Assembly: GCA_009691445.1 (NCBI GenBank) | Contig: SICL01000001.1 | Location: forward strand, 129,738-193,737 | DNA from: Candidatus Taenariivivens baikalensis | Lineage (GTDB): Bacteria; Omnitrophota; Omnitrophia; Omnitrophales; Aquincolibacteriaceae | DNA: 64,000 nt | Direction: 5' to 3' | Shown here: positions 48,949 to 58,960 of the stretch, in pieces | Position numbering within the stretch: the stretch's first letter is position 1 | Layout of the letters: every line of letters starts with the position of its first letter | Notes under the pieces: model-generated | The model's database searches: none | Seen by the model: the letters and a program-made list of their open reading frames with translations, nothing else | Told to the model about the DNA's origin: nothing | Made by a program: the position numbers and the translations under genes

Positions 48949-51420
48949 TTACAAAGCTTGTTCGAATTGGATACTTTCTCCACGCAAGAGTGCTCTCAAT
49001 TTCATGCCCTCCTGGAATTTGCCGGAGAGAATATCTTCAGCTAATATATTTTCGATATATCGCTGGATAGTCCGCTTAAGAGGCCTAGCCCCGAACACGG
49101 GATCGTAGCCCTTATCAATCAGAAACTTAATCACTTCGGGGGAAAGAATAAGCTCCAGCTTCTTATCCTTCAAGCGATCCTTAACTTCCTTAAGTTCGAA
49201 CTCAATGATTTGTTCTAGATCCTGCCGGACAAGCGGATGAAAGACCACAATATCATCCACTCGATTGATGAACTCAGGGCGAAAGAATTTCTTAACTTCA
49301 TCCAGAAGTTTATGCTTGAGATGCTCGTAATTAATCTCATCGGGATCCGTACTAAATCCCATAGTTGCATTTTTCTTCACCAGATCCGCGCCGACATTCG
49401 ACGTCATAATAATAATCGTGTTTCGAAAATCAACTTTCCGGCCAAATGAATCGGTAATACGGCCGTCCTCCATCACTTGAAGCATGATATTAAACACATC
49501 CGGATGAGCCTTCTCAATTTCGTCAAAAAGCACCACACTATAGGGACGGCGCCGAACCTTTTCTGTCAGTTGGCCGCCTTCTTCGTATCCTACATATCCT
49601 GGAGGCGCTCCAACAAGACGTGAGACATTAAACTTTTCGCCGTATTCGGAACAATCGACCACGACCATCGCATCTTCATCCCCAAACATAAATCCAGCCA
49701 AGGCACGGGCAAGGAGTGTTTTACCAACACCGGTAGGCCCTAAGAAAATAAAGGCTCCGATGGGACGCCGCGGATTGCGAATCCCTGAACGAGAACGGCG
49801 AACCGCATTGGAAATAGCTTTCACTGCTTCCGCCTGACCAATCACACGGTTATGGAGTTCATCTTCCATCCGTAAGAGTCGTGAAATTTCCTTTTCTTCA
49901 ATTTTCTGAAGAGGAACGCCTGTCCATTTAGAAACTATGTGGGCTATGTCTTCCTTCGTTACCTGAATTTCAATTTCTGATTTTGACTCCTTCCAGCTTT
50001 TTTTGATACGGGCCAACTCTTCTTTAGCCTTGCGCTCTTCATCTCTAAGCTTGGCAGCCTTCTCAAAATCCTGCCCCTTGATCGCAGCTTCTTTCTCACG
50101 CTTAAAACTTTCGATTTCAAGCTCATATTTCTTGAGCTCCTTGGGCAAAGTCGTCACGGAAAGACGAGCGCGCGATGCAGCTTCATCAATGATGTCAATC
50201 GCTTTATCCGGGAGAAAACGTCCGCTGATATAACGGTCAGAAAGTTTAGCTGCAGATTCAAGCGCTTCATCCAGAATTTTCACACGATGATGCGCTTCAT
50301 ATTTATCGCGGATCCCTTTCAGAATCTGAATCGTTTGATCCACCGAGGGCGGATCGACATTGACAGTCTGAAAGCGGCGGGCAAGTGCCGCATCTTTTTC
50401 AATATATTTACGATATTCATCAAGCGTAGTGGCGCCAATGCACTGCAACTCTCCCCGCGCCAAGGCCGGCTTCAGAATGTTAGAGGCATCAATCGCACCT
50501 TCAGCACCACCGGCGCCCACCAAGGTATGAAGCTCATCAATAAAAATGATAACATTCTCCGTCCGGCGTATTTCATCCATCACAGCTTTAATACGCTCTT
50601 CAAATTGTCCCCGGTATTTTGTCCCGGCCACCATCAGAGGAAGATCCAGCACGACGATCCTTTTATCACTCAGGATTTCAGGAACATCGGCCGACACAAT
50701 CCGCTGGGCCAAACCTTCCACAATGGCCGTCTTTCCAACCCCCGCTTCTCCGAGAAGCACTGGATTGTTTTTTGTCCGACGGGCAAGGATTTGAATCACA
50801 CGCTCAATCTCATCTTCGCGCCCTACAACAGGATCAAGTTTCCCATCACGAGCAAGCTGGGAAAGATCTTGTCCAAATGAGTCAAGGGCCGGAGTTTTTG
50901 TTTTTGACTTCCCCCCTGTTACCGCCGGACCACCACCGCTTCCCTGGTTAGCCGCACCACCTGCCCCTGATCCGCTTGGTGTGGATGATCCTAAAAGTTT
51001 GATCACTTCCGCACGAACTTTATTTAAATCTAATCCGACATTCATTAAGACATGACTGGCAACCCCTTCACCTTCCTTAATGAGACCCAGAAGAAGATGT
51101 TCCGTACCAATATAGTTATGTCCAAGGCGCCGAGCCTCATCCATCGCAAGTTCGATCACCTTTTTTGCCTTAGGAGTGAACGGAATATCCCCAGAGACAA
51201 TCGTGCTCGGGCCAAACTGAACTAGTTTCTCCACTTCAAGCCGGATGGTCTCCAGAGAAAGTCCTAGATTCTGAAGGACCGCAGCCGCCACACTCTCACC
51301 TTCCTTAATCAATCCGAGTAAGATGTGCTCTGTTCCAATGTAATCGTGATTAAAGCGTTTCGCTTCTTCTTTGGCTAAGATAATGACTTTTCTTGCGCGT
51401 TCCGTAAAACGATCGAACAT
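48949..51420 (-). CDS. clpC: ATP-dependent Clp protease ATP-binding subunit ClpC
   Basis: Two Clp_N repeats, two AAA+ modules ([13 protein letters not shown]; GPTGVGKT) and a UVR motif. Confidence 0.9.
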   Translation of the reverse strand: MFDRFTERARKVIILAKEEAKRFNHDYIGTEHILLGLIKEGESVAAAVLQNLGLSLETIRLEVEKLVQFGPSTIVSGDIPFTPKAKKVIELAMDEARRLGHNYIGTEHLLLGLIKEGEGVASHVLMNVGLDLNKVRAEVIKLLGSSTPSGSGAGGAANQGSGGGPAVTGGKSKTKTPALDSFGQDLSQLARDGKLDPVVGREDEIERVIQILARRTKNNPVLLGEAGVGKTAIVEGLAQRIVSADVPEILSDKRIVVLDLPLMVAGTKYRGQFEERIKAVMDEIRRTENVIIFIDELHTLVGAGGAEGAIDASNILKPALARGELQCIGATTLDEYRKYIEKDAALARRFQTVNVDPPSVDQTIQILKGIRDKYEAHHRVKILDEALESAAKLSDRYISGRFLPDKAIDIIDEAASRARLSVTTLPKELKKYELEIESFKREKEAAIKGQDFEKAAKLRDEERKAKEELARIKKSWKESKSEIEIQVTKEDIAHIVSKWTGVPLQKIEEKEISRLLRMEDELHNRVIGQAEAVKAISNAVRRSRSGIRNPRRPIGAFIFLGPTGVGKTLLARALAGFMFGDEDAMVVVDCSEYGEKFNVSRLVGAPPGYVGYEEGGQLTEKVRRRPYSVVLFDEIEKAHPDVFNIMLQVMEDGRITDSFGRKVDFRNTIIIMTSNVGADLVKKNATMGFSTDPDEINYEHLKHKLLDEVKKFFRPEFINRVDDIVVFHPLVRQDLEQIIEFELKEVKDRLKDKKLELILSPEVIKFLIDKGYDPVFGARPLKRTIQRYIENILAEDILSGKFQEGMKLRALLRGESIQFEQAL

Positions 51421-51477
51421 AAATCCTCCACCTTCTTAAGTTATGATAATAAGAATACGGCCATAAGGACAAAAAGC

Positions 51478-52548
51478 TTAGCTTAAAGAAACCTTTCCCA
51501 GTTTTTCCCGAATCACTTGCGCCCGAAGAATGTCTCGTTCCTGGGCATTCAGGACAGACCCACTCATCTTTTGCAAATGCGCCGGCTGAATATACAAAAA
51601 CAAAGAATGTAGTTCTTCGCGACTGAGAGCGCTTGTCATAATGCCCATATTAATTCCCAACTGGACCAGGGAAAGATACTGCGTAGCTTCCGTCGATGAA
51701 ATAACGCGGGCGGATTTAAGAATTCCAAGTGCCCGCCAAGCCGGATCCTCAAACTTTTGTTTTTTTTTGTCGAGCAGATGCTGTCGCGCCTCACGCTCAT
51801 GATCCGTAATCTGCCGAATCACGGAAACAAGATTATCAATAATTTCCTCTTCATTCTGCCCCAGAGTCATTTGGTTGGAAAATTGGAAATAATCACCAAT
51901 GGCCTGTGTCCCCTCTCCATAAAGACCCCGGGTTGCCAAATTAAGCTTGGTGAGAGCCTGCAAAATCTTGTTGATTTGCTTGGTCAGCACCAGCCCTGGA
52001 ATATGAACCATACATGAAGCGCGGAGACCCGTACCCGCATTCGTAGGACAGGCCGTTAAATACCCTAGGCGGGAATCAAAGGCGTAATCCAGACCGCCTC
52101 GTTCAATCTCAGTGTCGAGTTGGTCAATAATATGCCAAGCTTTTTTCAGGTTGAATCCCGACTGAAAAGCCTGCATTCGCAAATGATCTTCTTCAAGGAT
52201 CATCACGCTAATTTCTTGATTCGGAGTCATCGACACCGCTTTGTGGCCTTTCTCAACCGCATGCTCCAAACTGACTAGATGGCGCTCGACAAGAAATTGC
52301 CGCTCCAACTCTGTCAAATCGGCATAGAGAAAAAAATAAGCGGATTTCATGGACGGTGTTTTTGTAAGGATATCCTGAACACGTTTAATAATTTCATCCT
52401 GCTCTCGGGTCTCAAGGCGCGGCGTATAGGAAAACCCCTGAAGATTACGGGCGATCCGGATACGCGAACTGATCACAATGTCATGATCAGGCCCCTCGGC
52501 ACGAAGCCATTCCGCCGTGTTTTTAACTAGCAGATCAATATCGCTCAT
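51478..52548 (-). CDS. mcsB: Protein arginine kinase McsB
   Basis: ATP:guanido phosphotransferase domain (SSRIRIARNLQGFSY...CPTNAGTGLRASCMVHIPGL). Confidence 0.85.
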   Translation of the reverse strand: MSDIDLLVKNTAEWLRAEGPDHDIVISSRIRIARNLQGFSYTPRLETREQDEIIKRVQDILTKTPSMKSAYFFLYADLTELERQFLVERHLVSLEHAVEKGHKAVSMTPNQEISVMILEEDHLRMQAFQSGFNLKKAWHIIDQLDTEIERGGLDYAFDSRLGYLTACPTNAGTGLRASCMVHIPGLVLTKQINKILQALTKLNLATRGLYGEGTQAIGDYFQFSNQMTLGQNEEEIIDNLVSVIRQITDHEREARQHLLDKKKQKFEDPAWRALGILKSARVISSTEATQYLSLVQLGINMGIMTSALSREELHSLFLYIQPAHLQKMSGSVLNAQERDILRAQVIREKLGKVSLS

Positions 52549-53078
52549 TTAGAAGTTTTTCGGTTTGGCGGGCTTTTCGACTTTCTGGATTTAGTTTCAA
52601 GCTTCTTAATTTCATCGCGAATACCGGCAGCCTCTTCAAATTTCTCTTCCTGAACACATTGCCGCAGCTTTTGTTGAAGCCTTGAAAGATCGCCTACCTC
52701 CAGACGGTTTTTCTGATTAAGGCGGGATGGCGTCTTGCCAACATGCTGAGTTGATCTCTGAATTCGACGGATCAAGGGATCAAGAACTTTTTCGAAAACC
52801 TTGTAACAGACGGAACATCCTAAACGCCCTTTTTTGCTGAGCTCGACAAAGGTCATCCCGCATTGGCTGCATTTTTCCGCGGACTTTTCTGCCTGCGATA
52901 CCCAGGCTGATGGGTCGGCCAAACTCCCCAAAAGCTCGCTCACGTTAAAGTGAGTTTTGAAGTCCGTCCCCTTTTCCTGAGCACAAACCTCACAAAGATG
53001 GATTTCCACCATCTGGCTATTGGTAATTTCCGTCAAATGAATGGTTGCGTCTTGGACGCCACAAATATTACACACCAT
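52545..53078 (-). CDS. mcsA: McsA (zinc-finger and UVR-motif activator of McsB)
   Basis: CNICG...CEVC and CSQCG...CSVC zinc fingers and a C-terminal UVR-like motif. Start at the ATG at 53078. Confidence 0.7.
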   Translation of the reverse strand: MVCNICGVQDATIHLTEITNSQMVEIHLCEVCAQEKGTDFKTHFNVSELLGSLADPSAWVSQAEKSAEKCSQCGMTFVELSKKGRLGCSVCYKVFEKVLDPLIRRIQRSTQHVGKTPSRLNQKNRLEVGDLSRLQQKLRQCVQEEKFEEAAGIRDEIKKLETKSRKSKSPPNRKTSK

Positions 53079-53151
53079 TTTTTTATTATAGCACAAAACG
53101 CCTGATGCGTTTAAAGGCAATCTTGATCAAAAGACAGGAAGGGAAAACTTT

Positions 53152-54051
53152 TTATAACGGCTTGTAACGTACGCCATCAGTTCGGGTCAACCGATGAAAC
53201 GCTTTTAAAAGGGTGGCTGTGATTTTCCCAGGTGTTCCGTCGCCAATCACCCTGCCATCCACTTTGACCACGGGAATAACTTCCGCTGCAGTTCCGGTAA
53301 GAAATACCTCCTGCGCATTAAAAATATCATGACGCGTCATCACTCGCTCCTCTGCCCGGATTCCTTTTTTCCTAGCAAGATCCAAAATTGCATCGCGGGT
53401 AATCCCCCGTAGAGCACCCAAATAAGCAGGTGGGGTAAGCAAAATCTTCTCTTTCCCAGAATAATCTTCGCTCACAATAAAAATATTATCCCCTGTGCAT
53501 TCCGCCACATAACCTTGATGATTCAACATGATTGCTTCCACACATCCAGCATTCTTCGCCTCAATTTTTGCCAGTATGTTATTGAGATAGTTAAGACTCT
53601 TAATTGAAGGATTCACGGCTTCAGGAAGATTTCTCACGGTGGCCACAGTCACAAGATCCAGACCCTTCCGGTAAAGGGAATCAGGATAAAGTTTGATCAT
53701 ATCGGTGATCACAAACACGGTTGGTGTTTTACAATTTGCGGGATCCAGCCCCAAATCTCCTTCACCTCGAGTCACGACCACACGAATATAGGCATCTTTT
53801 AGTTGGTTTCTCTGCAGAGTCTTAATGATGACAGCTTCCATTTCCTGTTTACTCAAAGGAATACGAATCATCAGCGTGTGCGCAGATTCCCAAAGGCGCT
53901 CAAGATGCTCCTTCAGCTTAAAAATAAGGTTGTTATACGAACGGATTCCTTCGAAGACACCATCCCCGTACAAAAGGCCGTGATCGAAAACGGACACCTT
54001 GGCCTGATCTTTAGGAACCCACTCACCATTTAAATAAATCAACTTAGACAT
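53152..54051 (-). CDS. ilvE: Branched-chain amino acid aminotransferase (class IV PLP enzyme)
   Basis: IYLNGEWVPKDQAKVSVFDHGLLYGDGVFEGIR. Start at the ATG at 54051. Confidence 0.85.
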   Translation of the reverse strand: MSKLIYLNGEWVPKDQAKVSVFDHGLLYGDGVFEGIRSYNNLIFKLKEHLERLWESAHTLMIRIPLSKQEMEAVIIKTLQRNQLKDAYIRVVVTRGEGDLGLDPANCKTPTVFVITDMIKLYPDSLYRKGLDLVTVATVRNLPEAVNPSIKSLNYLNNILAKIEAKNAGCVEAIMLNHQGYVAECTGDNIFIVSEDYSGKEKILLTPPAYLGALRGITRDAILDLARKKGIRAEERVMTRHDIFNAQEVFLTGTAAEVIPVVKVDGRVIGDGTPGKITATLLKAFHRLTRTDGVRYKPL

Positions 54052-54146
54052 AAAAACTCCTAAAAAATATTTTCTTGATAACGATATCTCCGTGCTTGTT
54101 ATTCTGGACAAAATGCAGGGGGGCTGCCCTACTACTTCATACCGTT

Positions 54147-54260
54147 CTCATTGCGAGCGATCGCATCGACCCCGGGAATCTAGAGCGTTAAGATTGTCCG
54201 CCACAAAATCTTCGGACGGATCCGCCGTGCTCTCTGTAGGACTTCGCTTCTCTCGCAATA
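54147..54260. repeat. Structured intergenic repeat (copy B) with ends TCATTGCGAG ... CTCGCAAT
   Basis: Lies in the 219 bp spacer upstream of ilvE. Both ends and the internal segment (cttcgctt.ctcgcaat) match copy A; the GCGATCGCATCGA segment matches copy C. Confidence 0.65.
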
Positions 54261-54270
54261 ACGGGCTCTA

Positions 54271-54990
54271 TTACTGAAGGTTTTCTACCCGAATCGGCCC
54301 GCGCTCCTCGCGGAGAAGAATGCCATCAACCAGACGGTAGACCTTTTCTCCGCGCCATGCAAGAGCCTCATCATGTGTGACCATCACAAAAGCTTGACCA
54401 TGCTGCCGATTAAGCTCAAAAATAAGTGAGATCACAGATTCAGCCGTCTCCTCATCCAGATTACCCGTGGGTTCATCGCATAAAACAACCGATGGATGAT
54501 TCACAAGAGCTCGGGCAATTGCGGCCCTCTGCTGTTCCCCGCCAGAAAGTTCCGAAGGATAATGATTTTGGCGGCTTGTCAGCTGCACACGTCCCAGAAT
54601 TTCTTTACACCATGCATCATTTTTCTTTCCGAGAATCATGCTGGGCAGAACCACATTCTCATAAAGCGTAAGTTCAGGGAGTAAGTGATAAGATTGAAAT
54701 ACAAACCCCACGCGCTGATTACGAAGCCGTGCCCGACGCTTCTCACTCAAGCCGGAAACATCTTCACCTTCAAAAAGAATTTTTCCGCTTGAAGGCAAAT
54801 CCAATCCGCCCAAAAGATGAAGCAGCGTGGATTTACCAGAACCGGAACGTCCAATAATAAAATTCATTTGTCCGGGCTCCACAATCATATTTGCGCCTTT
54901 AAGCACCTGAATCAAACCACCCGGAGTTTGATACTCTTTTCTCAAGTCATAAGCAGCAATAATAGGACCCGCATAACTTTTCTCACTCAT
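54271..54990 (-). CDS. lolD: ABC transporter ATP-binding protein, LolD/MacB type
   Basis: GRSGSGKST, LSGGEQQR and a LolD-like length. Start at the ATG at 54990, which overlaps the lolE stop by 8 nt. Confidence 0.8.
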   Translation of the reverse strand: MSEKSYAGPIIAAYDLRKEYQTPGGLIQVLKGANMIVEPGQMNFIIGRSGSGKSTLLHLLGGLDLPSSGKILFEGEDVSGLSEKRRARLRNQRVGFVFQSYHLLPELTLYENVVLPSMILGKKNDAWCKEILGRVQLTSRQNHYPSELSGGEQQRAAIARALVNHPSVVLCDEPTGNLDEETAESVISLIFELNRQHGQAFVMVTHDEALAWRGEKVYRLVDGILLREERGPIRVENLQ

Positions 54991-56284
54991 AACGGAGGGC
55001 CTCGATCGGATTAAGCGATGCAGCGCGGTGGGCCGGATAGAGCCCTGCAGCAACGGCGGCTATCATGGCAAATACCACAGTCATCACCACATCAGGCATA
55101 TTGACTTGCGCCGGTATTTTGTCAAAAAGATAAACATCACTTGGAAACACTTCAAGGCCCGTTGTCCGTTTGAGAAAATCCGATACAGGGTTCAGGTGGA
55201 AAGCCAGAAGCAGACCACAAATAGTTCCTGTCATCACGCCAAAAAAACCAATACTGAATCCTTCCATCACAAAAATCTTCCGGATACTAGCCTTGGTCGC
55301 TCCGATTGCACGCAAAATCCCGATATCTCTGGTTTTTTCCATAACCACCATTGTGAGGGATCCCACAATATTAAAAGCCGCCACAAGAATAATGAGAGCA
55401 AGCAGGATCGTCATCACGGATTTTTCAGTTTTAAGCGCTTGAAAAAAATTATGATTCATGTCATACCAAGTTCGAATAAAATAATCCTCGGAAAGATGCT
55501 GTCGTAAAGGGAGCGCCCACTTTTCTGCATCGTCCACATTTTCAAAACGTAAGCTGATTCCCGTTACGCGTCCATTCAAATGGTACAGATCTCCGGCCTG
55601 GTCAAGGCCAATCAAAGCAAGCCCCGTATCAAAATCATTCATTCCGATCCGAAAAATTCCCCGGACGATAAAATTTCTTGTTTCGGCCCGGTTCAGTTGA
55701 AGCGTTTTAAGATCGTCCTGGAAAGGAGCGATCAACGCCACCGTATCACCGACCCGAGCATTCAGACGAAGCGCAAGCCCTTCCCCAAGGATGACGCTTC
55801 CCGTTTTTTTAATGATGATTTTTTTAAAGAAAAAAAAGCGTCGGTGAACCTCAGTGGTAATCTCATCTTCAAAATCCAGACGCCCGTATTTCATGTGCTG
55901 TTTGTAAATCCCGAGGTCTTCTCGGCGGACATCGATCCCCTTAACCATAATCCCCATCGCATTGACCGCTGATTTCAATATACCCTGACCCTCAATAAAT
56001 CCGGAGATGCTCGAGAGGCCAGAAATCCCAAACGACTTAAGATCTTCAATTTCCCTGTCCACATGTTCAATACCATTAATTTTTTCAATACGAATATGGG
56101 GCTGGACGTTCACGATCTTGGATTTAAGTTCACGGTCAAATCCGCTCATCACCGCCATCACGACAATCAGGGCCATAACACCCACGCAAACGCCTCCGAT
56201 AGAAATTAGGGAAACGAGGGAGATAAAACCGGTCTTTCTGCGGCGGGTCAAATGTCTTGTTGCTATAAAACTTTCATATCCCAT
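54983..56284 (-). CDS. lolE: Lipoprotein-releasing system permease (LolC/LolE, FtsX-like)
   Basis: N-terminal FIATRHL, a MacB-like periplasmic domain, and C-terminal FtsX TM helices. Confidence 0.8.
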   Translation of the reverse strand: MGYESFIATRHLTRRRKTGFISLVSLISIGGVCVGVMALIVVMAVMSGFDRELKSKIVNVQPHIRIEKINGIEHVDREIEDLKSFGISGLSSISGFIEGQGILKSAVNAMGIMVKGIDVRREDLGIYKQHMKYGRLDFEDEITTEVHRRFFFFKKIIIKKTGSVILGEGLALRLNARVGDTVALIAPFQDDLKTLQLNRAETRNFIVRGIFRIGMNDFDTGLALIGLDQAGDLYHLNGRVTGISLRFENVDDAEKWALPLRQHLSEDYFIRTWYDMNHNFFQALKTEKSVMTILLALIILVAAFNIVGSLTMVVMEKTRDIGILRAIGATKASIRKIFVMEGFSIGFFGVMTGTICGLLLAFHLNPVSDFLKRTTGLEVFPSDVYLFDKIPAQVNMPDVVMTVVFAMIAAVAAGLYPAHRAASLNPIEALRYE

Positions 56285-56337
56285 AGGAAATCCTCTTATA
56301 CCTCAATTATACATCGGCAAGCAGAGGGATTTATGAA

Positions 56338-57789
56338 TCAAGCTTTGACATCCCCGGCACGCCCTTCAGCCTGCGGATTCTCGGATGCTTCCAAAGACGG
56401 TGGTTTTTCCGGCTTAAGCTGGGGAAAAAGAATGACTTCACGGATCGATATTTGATTGGTAAGGAGCATCACAAGGCGGTCAATACCGATCCCGAGTCCA
56501 CCGGCCGGTGGCATTCCATATTCAAGCGCCATCAGAAAGTCCTCGTCGATCACCTTATGCTCTCCGATCATTTCGCGCTGGGATGTGAGCCGTCGCCTTT
56601 GATCGTGAGGATCATTGAGCTCAGAAAAAGCATTGGCGATTTCCATCTTGGCCACAAAGAGCTCAAATCGGTAAACCACACTAGGATCATCCTCCTTCGC
56701 TTTGGCAAGTGGTGACATCACGGTGGGGTAATCAATAATAAAGGTGGGATCCCAAAGTTCTTCCTCCACAAACTTGCCAAAAATTTCGTTCAGAACATCC
56801 AGATCCTCTTCATCCGCAAACTGACTGGGAGGACCCAGACGAAGCTTCACGGCGGCTTCTTTAACATTGGCTGTCTTGAAATCCATCCCTGTTTTTTCTT
56901 TCAAGGCATCATAAAAGGAGATTCTTTTCCAAGGTCGCGAGTAATTAAGAATGCGTTCTCCAAAAGGGATTTGAAGAGTTCCGTGGATTTTTTCTACGAG
57001 CAGCGTAATCATTTCTTCCGTGATATTCATCATATCCGTGTAATCCGCATACGATTCATAAAGTTCGAGCATCGTAAATTCCGGATTGTGCCGAACCGAG
57101 ATTCCTTCGTTGCGAAAATTTCGGTTAATCTCGTAGATCTTCTCAAACCCTCCCACAAGCAGACGCTTCAGGTAAAGTTCGGGAGCCACTCGCAGATAAA
57201 GATCGGTGTGAAGGGTGTTGTGATGCGTGACAAACGGCTTGGCTCGCGCACCGCCGGGAATGGCCTGCATCATCGGCGTTTCTACTTCCATGAAATTCTT
57301 ATCATCCAGAAAACGGCGAATATCACGAATAATCTGCGAGCGCTTGCGGAACGTATCGCGCACATCATCATTAACAATCAAATCCACGTAGCGGTGACGA
57401 AACCGAATTTCGGTGTCCTTGAGTCCGTGCCATTTTTCCGGAAGGGTTTGAACCATGGTAGAAAGAACGGTGAATTTATCAACCCGGATCGTGCGCTCAC
57501 CCGTTTTGGATAAAAAAAGATCCCCTTCCACGCCCAGGATATTTCCGAGGCTCTGCGCCTTGAAAAGCTTGAAGGCTTCTTCTCCGGCCTCATCTTGCTT
57601 GATGTAGATTTGAATCTTGGCGAATTCGTCCTTGAGATGAGCAAAGGCAGCCTTTCCCATCACCCGGCACGTCATCATGCGCCCTGCAATGCGGACTTTT
57701 CGGCCCGCCTCAAATGAATCAAGAATTCCTTTGATGGAGTCTTTGGGTAAATAGCGCGAACCGTAGTCTGAACTCATAAATCCTTCCAA
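56338..57789 (-). CDS. lysS: Lysine--tRNA ligase (class II)
   Basis: Class II motifs (FMEVETPMMQ, GGLGIGIDRLVMLLT). Confidence 0.9.
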   Translation of the reverse strand: MEGFMSSDYGSRYLPKDSIKGILDSFEAGRKVRIAGRMMTCRVMGKAAFAHLKDEFAKIQIYIKQDEAGEEAFKLFKAQSLGNILGVEGDLFLSKTGERTIRVDKFTVLSTMVQTLPEKWHGLKDTEIRFRHRYVDLIVNDDVRDTFRKRSQIIRDIRRFLDDKNFMEVETPMMQAIPGGARAKPFVTHHNTLHTDLYLRVAPELYLKRLLVGGFEKIYEINRNFRNEGISVRHNPEFTMLELYESYADYTDMMNITEEMITLLVEKIHGTLQIPFGERILNYSRPWKRISFYDALKEKTGMDFKTANVKEAAVKLRLGPPSQFADEEDLDVLNEIFGKFVEEELWDPTFIIDYPTVMSPLAKAKEDDPSVVYRFELFVAKMEIANAFSELNDPHDQRRRLTSQREMIGEHKVIDEDFLMALEYGMPPAGGLGIGIDRLVMLLTNQISIREVILFPQLKPEKPPSLEASENPQAEGRAGDVKA

Positions 57790-57951
57790 GTCATGGACTT
57801 AAGTTGAAATAAGAATGCACGGATTATAGTACACTCACTTCTCTAGTGTCAATGAACGGACGGTCATTTTTAAGAAAACTCAAGAAAAACTCCGAACGAT
57901 CGTTTATAATGAAAACATTGAAATGTTTCTTAATCTACAACGAGGTTAGCG

Positions 57952-58374
57952 ATGAAAAAGAAAATCGGTGAAGTGCTCATTGAAAAGAACTTGGTCACAC
58001 AAGAACAAATCGACGAAATCCTGAAGGAACAAAAACACAGCAATAAATTAATCGGGGAGCTCCTGGTCGAAAAGCAGATCCTTTCCGAAATTCTTTTATT
58101 TCAGGCACTCGCTCATCAGCACCGGATGGGATTTGTGGATCTTGAAGTCCACAAGATGAATCCGGATTTGATCCATAAAATACCCCTCGCCATGGCTCAA
58201 GCCTATTCACTTCTGCCGCTAGAATTGCGGGAGGGCCTTTTGCTCGTGGCTGTCTCCAATCCTCGCACCTCCATTCCTACCGAAGAAATAAAGAATTTGA
58301 CAGGGGCAGAGGAAGTTCAAACTGTTTTATGTCTTCCGGATCAAATTCAAGAAATGATCCGCAAGAAATATTAA
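57952..58374 (+). CDS. Stand-alone T2SS-E N-terminal (GspE-N/MshEN-like) domain protein, putative c-di-GMP receptor
   Basis: Tandem 24-residue motifs KIGEVLIEKNLVTQEQIDEILKEQ, then a 5-residue spacer, then LIGELLVEKQILSEILLFQALAHQ. A GspE-N fold signature follows (FVDL...IP...A...LPL). Confidence 0.7.
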   Translation: MKKKIGEVLIEKNLVTQEQIDEILKEQKHSNKLIGELLVEKQILSEILLFQALAHQHRMGFVDLEVHKMNPDLIHKIPLAMAQAYSLLPLELREGLLLVAVSNPRTSIPTEEIKNLTGAEEVQTVLCLPDQIQEMIRKKY

Positions 58375-58389
58375 TTCAAAGGCCCTTTT

Positions 58390-58839
58390 ATGAGTTGGCG
58401 CATCGGGGAAATCCTGGTTCAAAAAAAATTGCTCACCTGGGATCAACTGCAAGAGATTCTGGAGGCGCAAAAAGATTCCCCGAAACTGATCGGGGAAATC
58501 CTGGTCGAAACGGGAATCGTCAATAGATTCTTTCTCTATCAAGCCTTGGCGGAGCAATATAAAATTCGCTTCATCGATTTAGAGCGAACTCACATTAATC
58601 CCAAAGCCGTCGAAGTGGTTCCCCGCGAAATCGCGGAACGTTATCACCTGATTCCGATTGAAATCCGCACGGGAAAATTAATCATCGGGATTTCCAATCC
58701 GCTCAACATTTGGCCGGAATCCGAAATCAGGCAGCTCACGGGAATCGTGGAAATCCAAACCGTCCTTTGCCTGCCAAATCAAATTGAGAAAGCGATTGCT
58801 GAAGAATACGCGCCAATTGACGCAACTCAACCCGCCTAA
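58390..58839 (+). CDS. Second stand-alone GspE-N/MshEN-like domain protein (paralogue of the preceding gene)
   Basis: Motifs RIGEILVQKKLLTWDQLQEILEAQ, a 5-residue spacer, then LIGEILVETGIVNRFFLYQALAEQ; the same fold pattern. Confidence 0.7.
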   Translation: MSWRIGEILVQKKLLTWDQLQEILEAQKDSPKLIGEILVETGIVNRFFLYQALAEQYKIRFIDLERTHINPKAVEVVPREIAERYHLIPIEIRTGKLIIGISNPLNIWPESEIRQLTGIVEIQTVLCLPNQIEKAIAEEYAPIDATQPA

Positions 58840-58960
58840 TTTCAACCTGGCATTACAGGCTGGTCATCACCCTGAGCGCAGAGAAGGGGTTCACGAAGAG
58901 ATTCTTCACGGAGCGCTTCGTAAGTTTACTTGCTTCGGTCAGGATGACAAAAAATGTTTT

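Noticed and set aside
53121-53151. Search for a CtsR operator (GGTCAAANANGGTCAAA) upstream of mcsA
   Set aside because: Only a weak TTGATCAA-like sequence is present; there is no direct heptad repeat and no ctsR gene.
58900-58960. A6-TG-T6 (GACAAAAAATGTTTTTTATC) element downstream of metF and the MshEN gene, as a possible bidirectional terminator
   Set aside because: The stem would be pure A-T and too weak for an intrinsic terminator; it is likely just AT-rich spacer.
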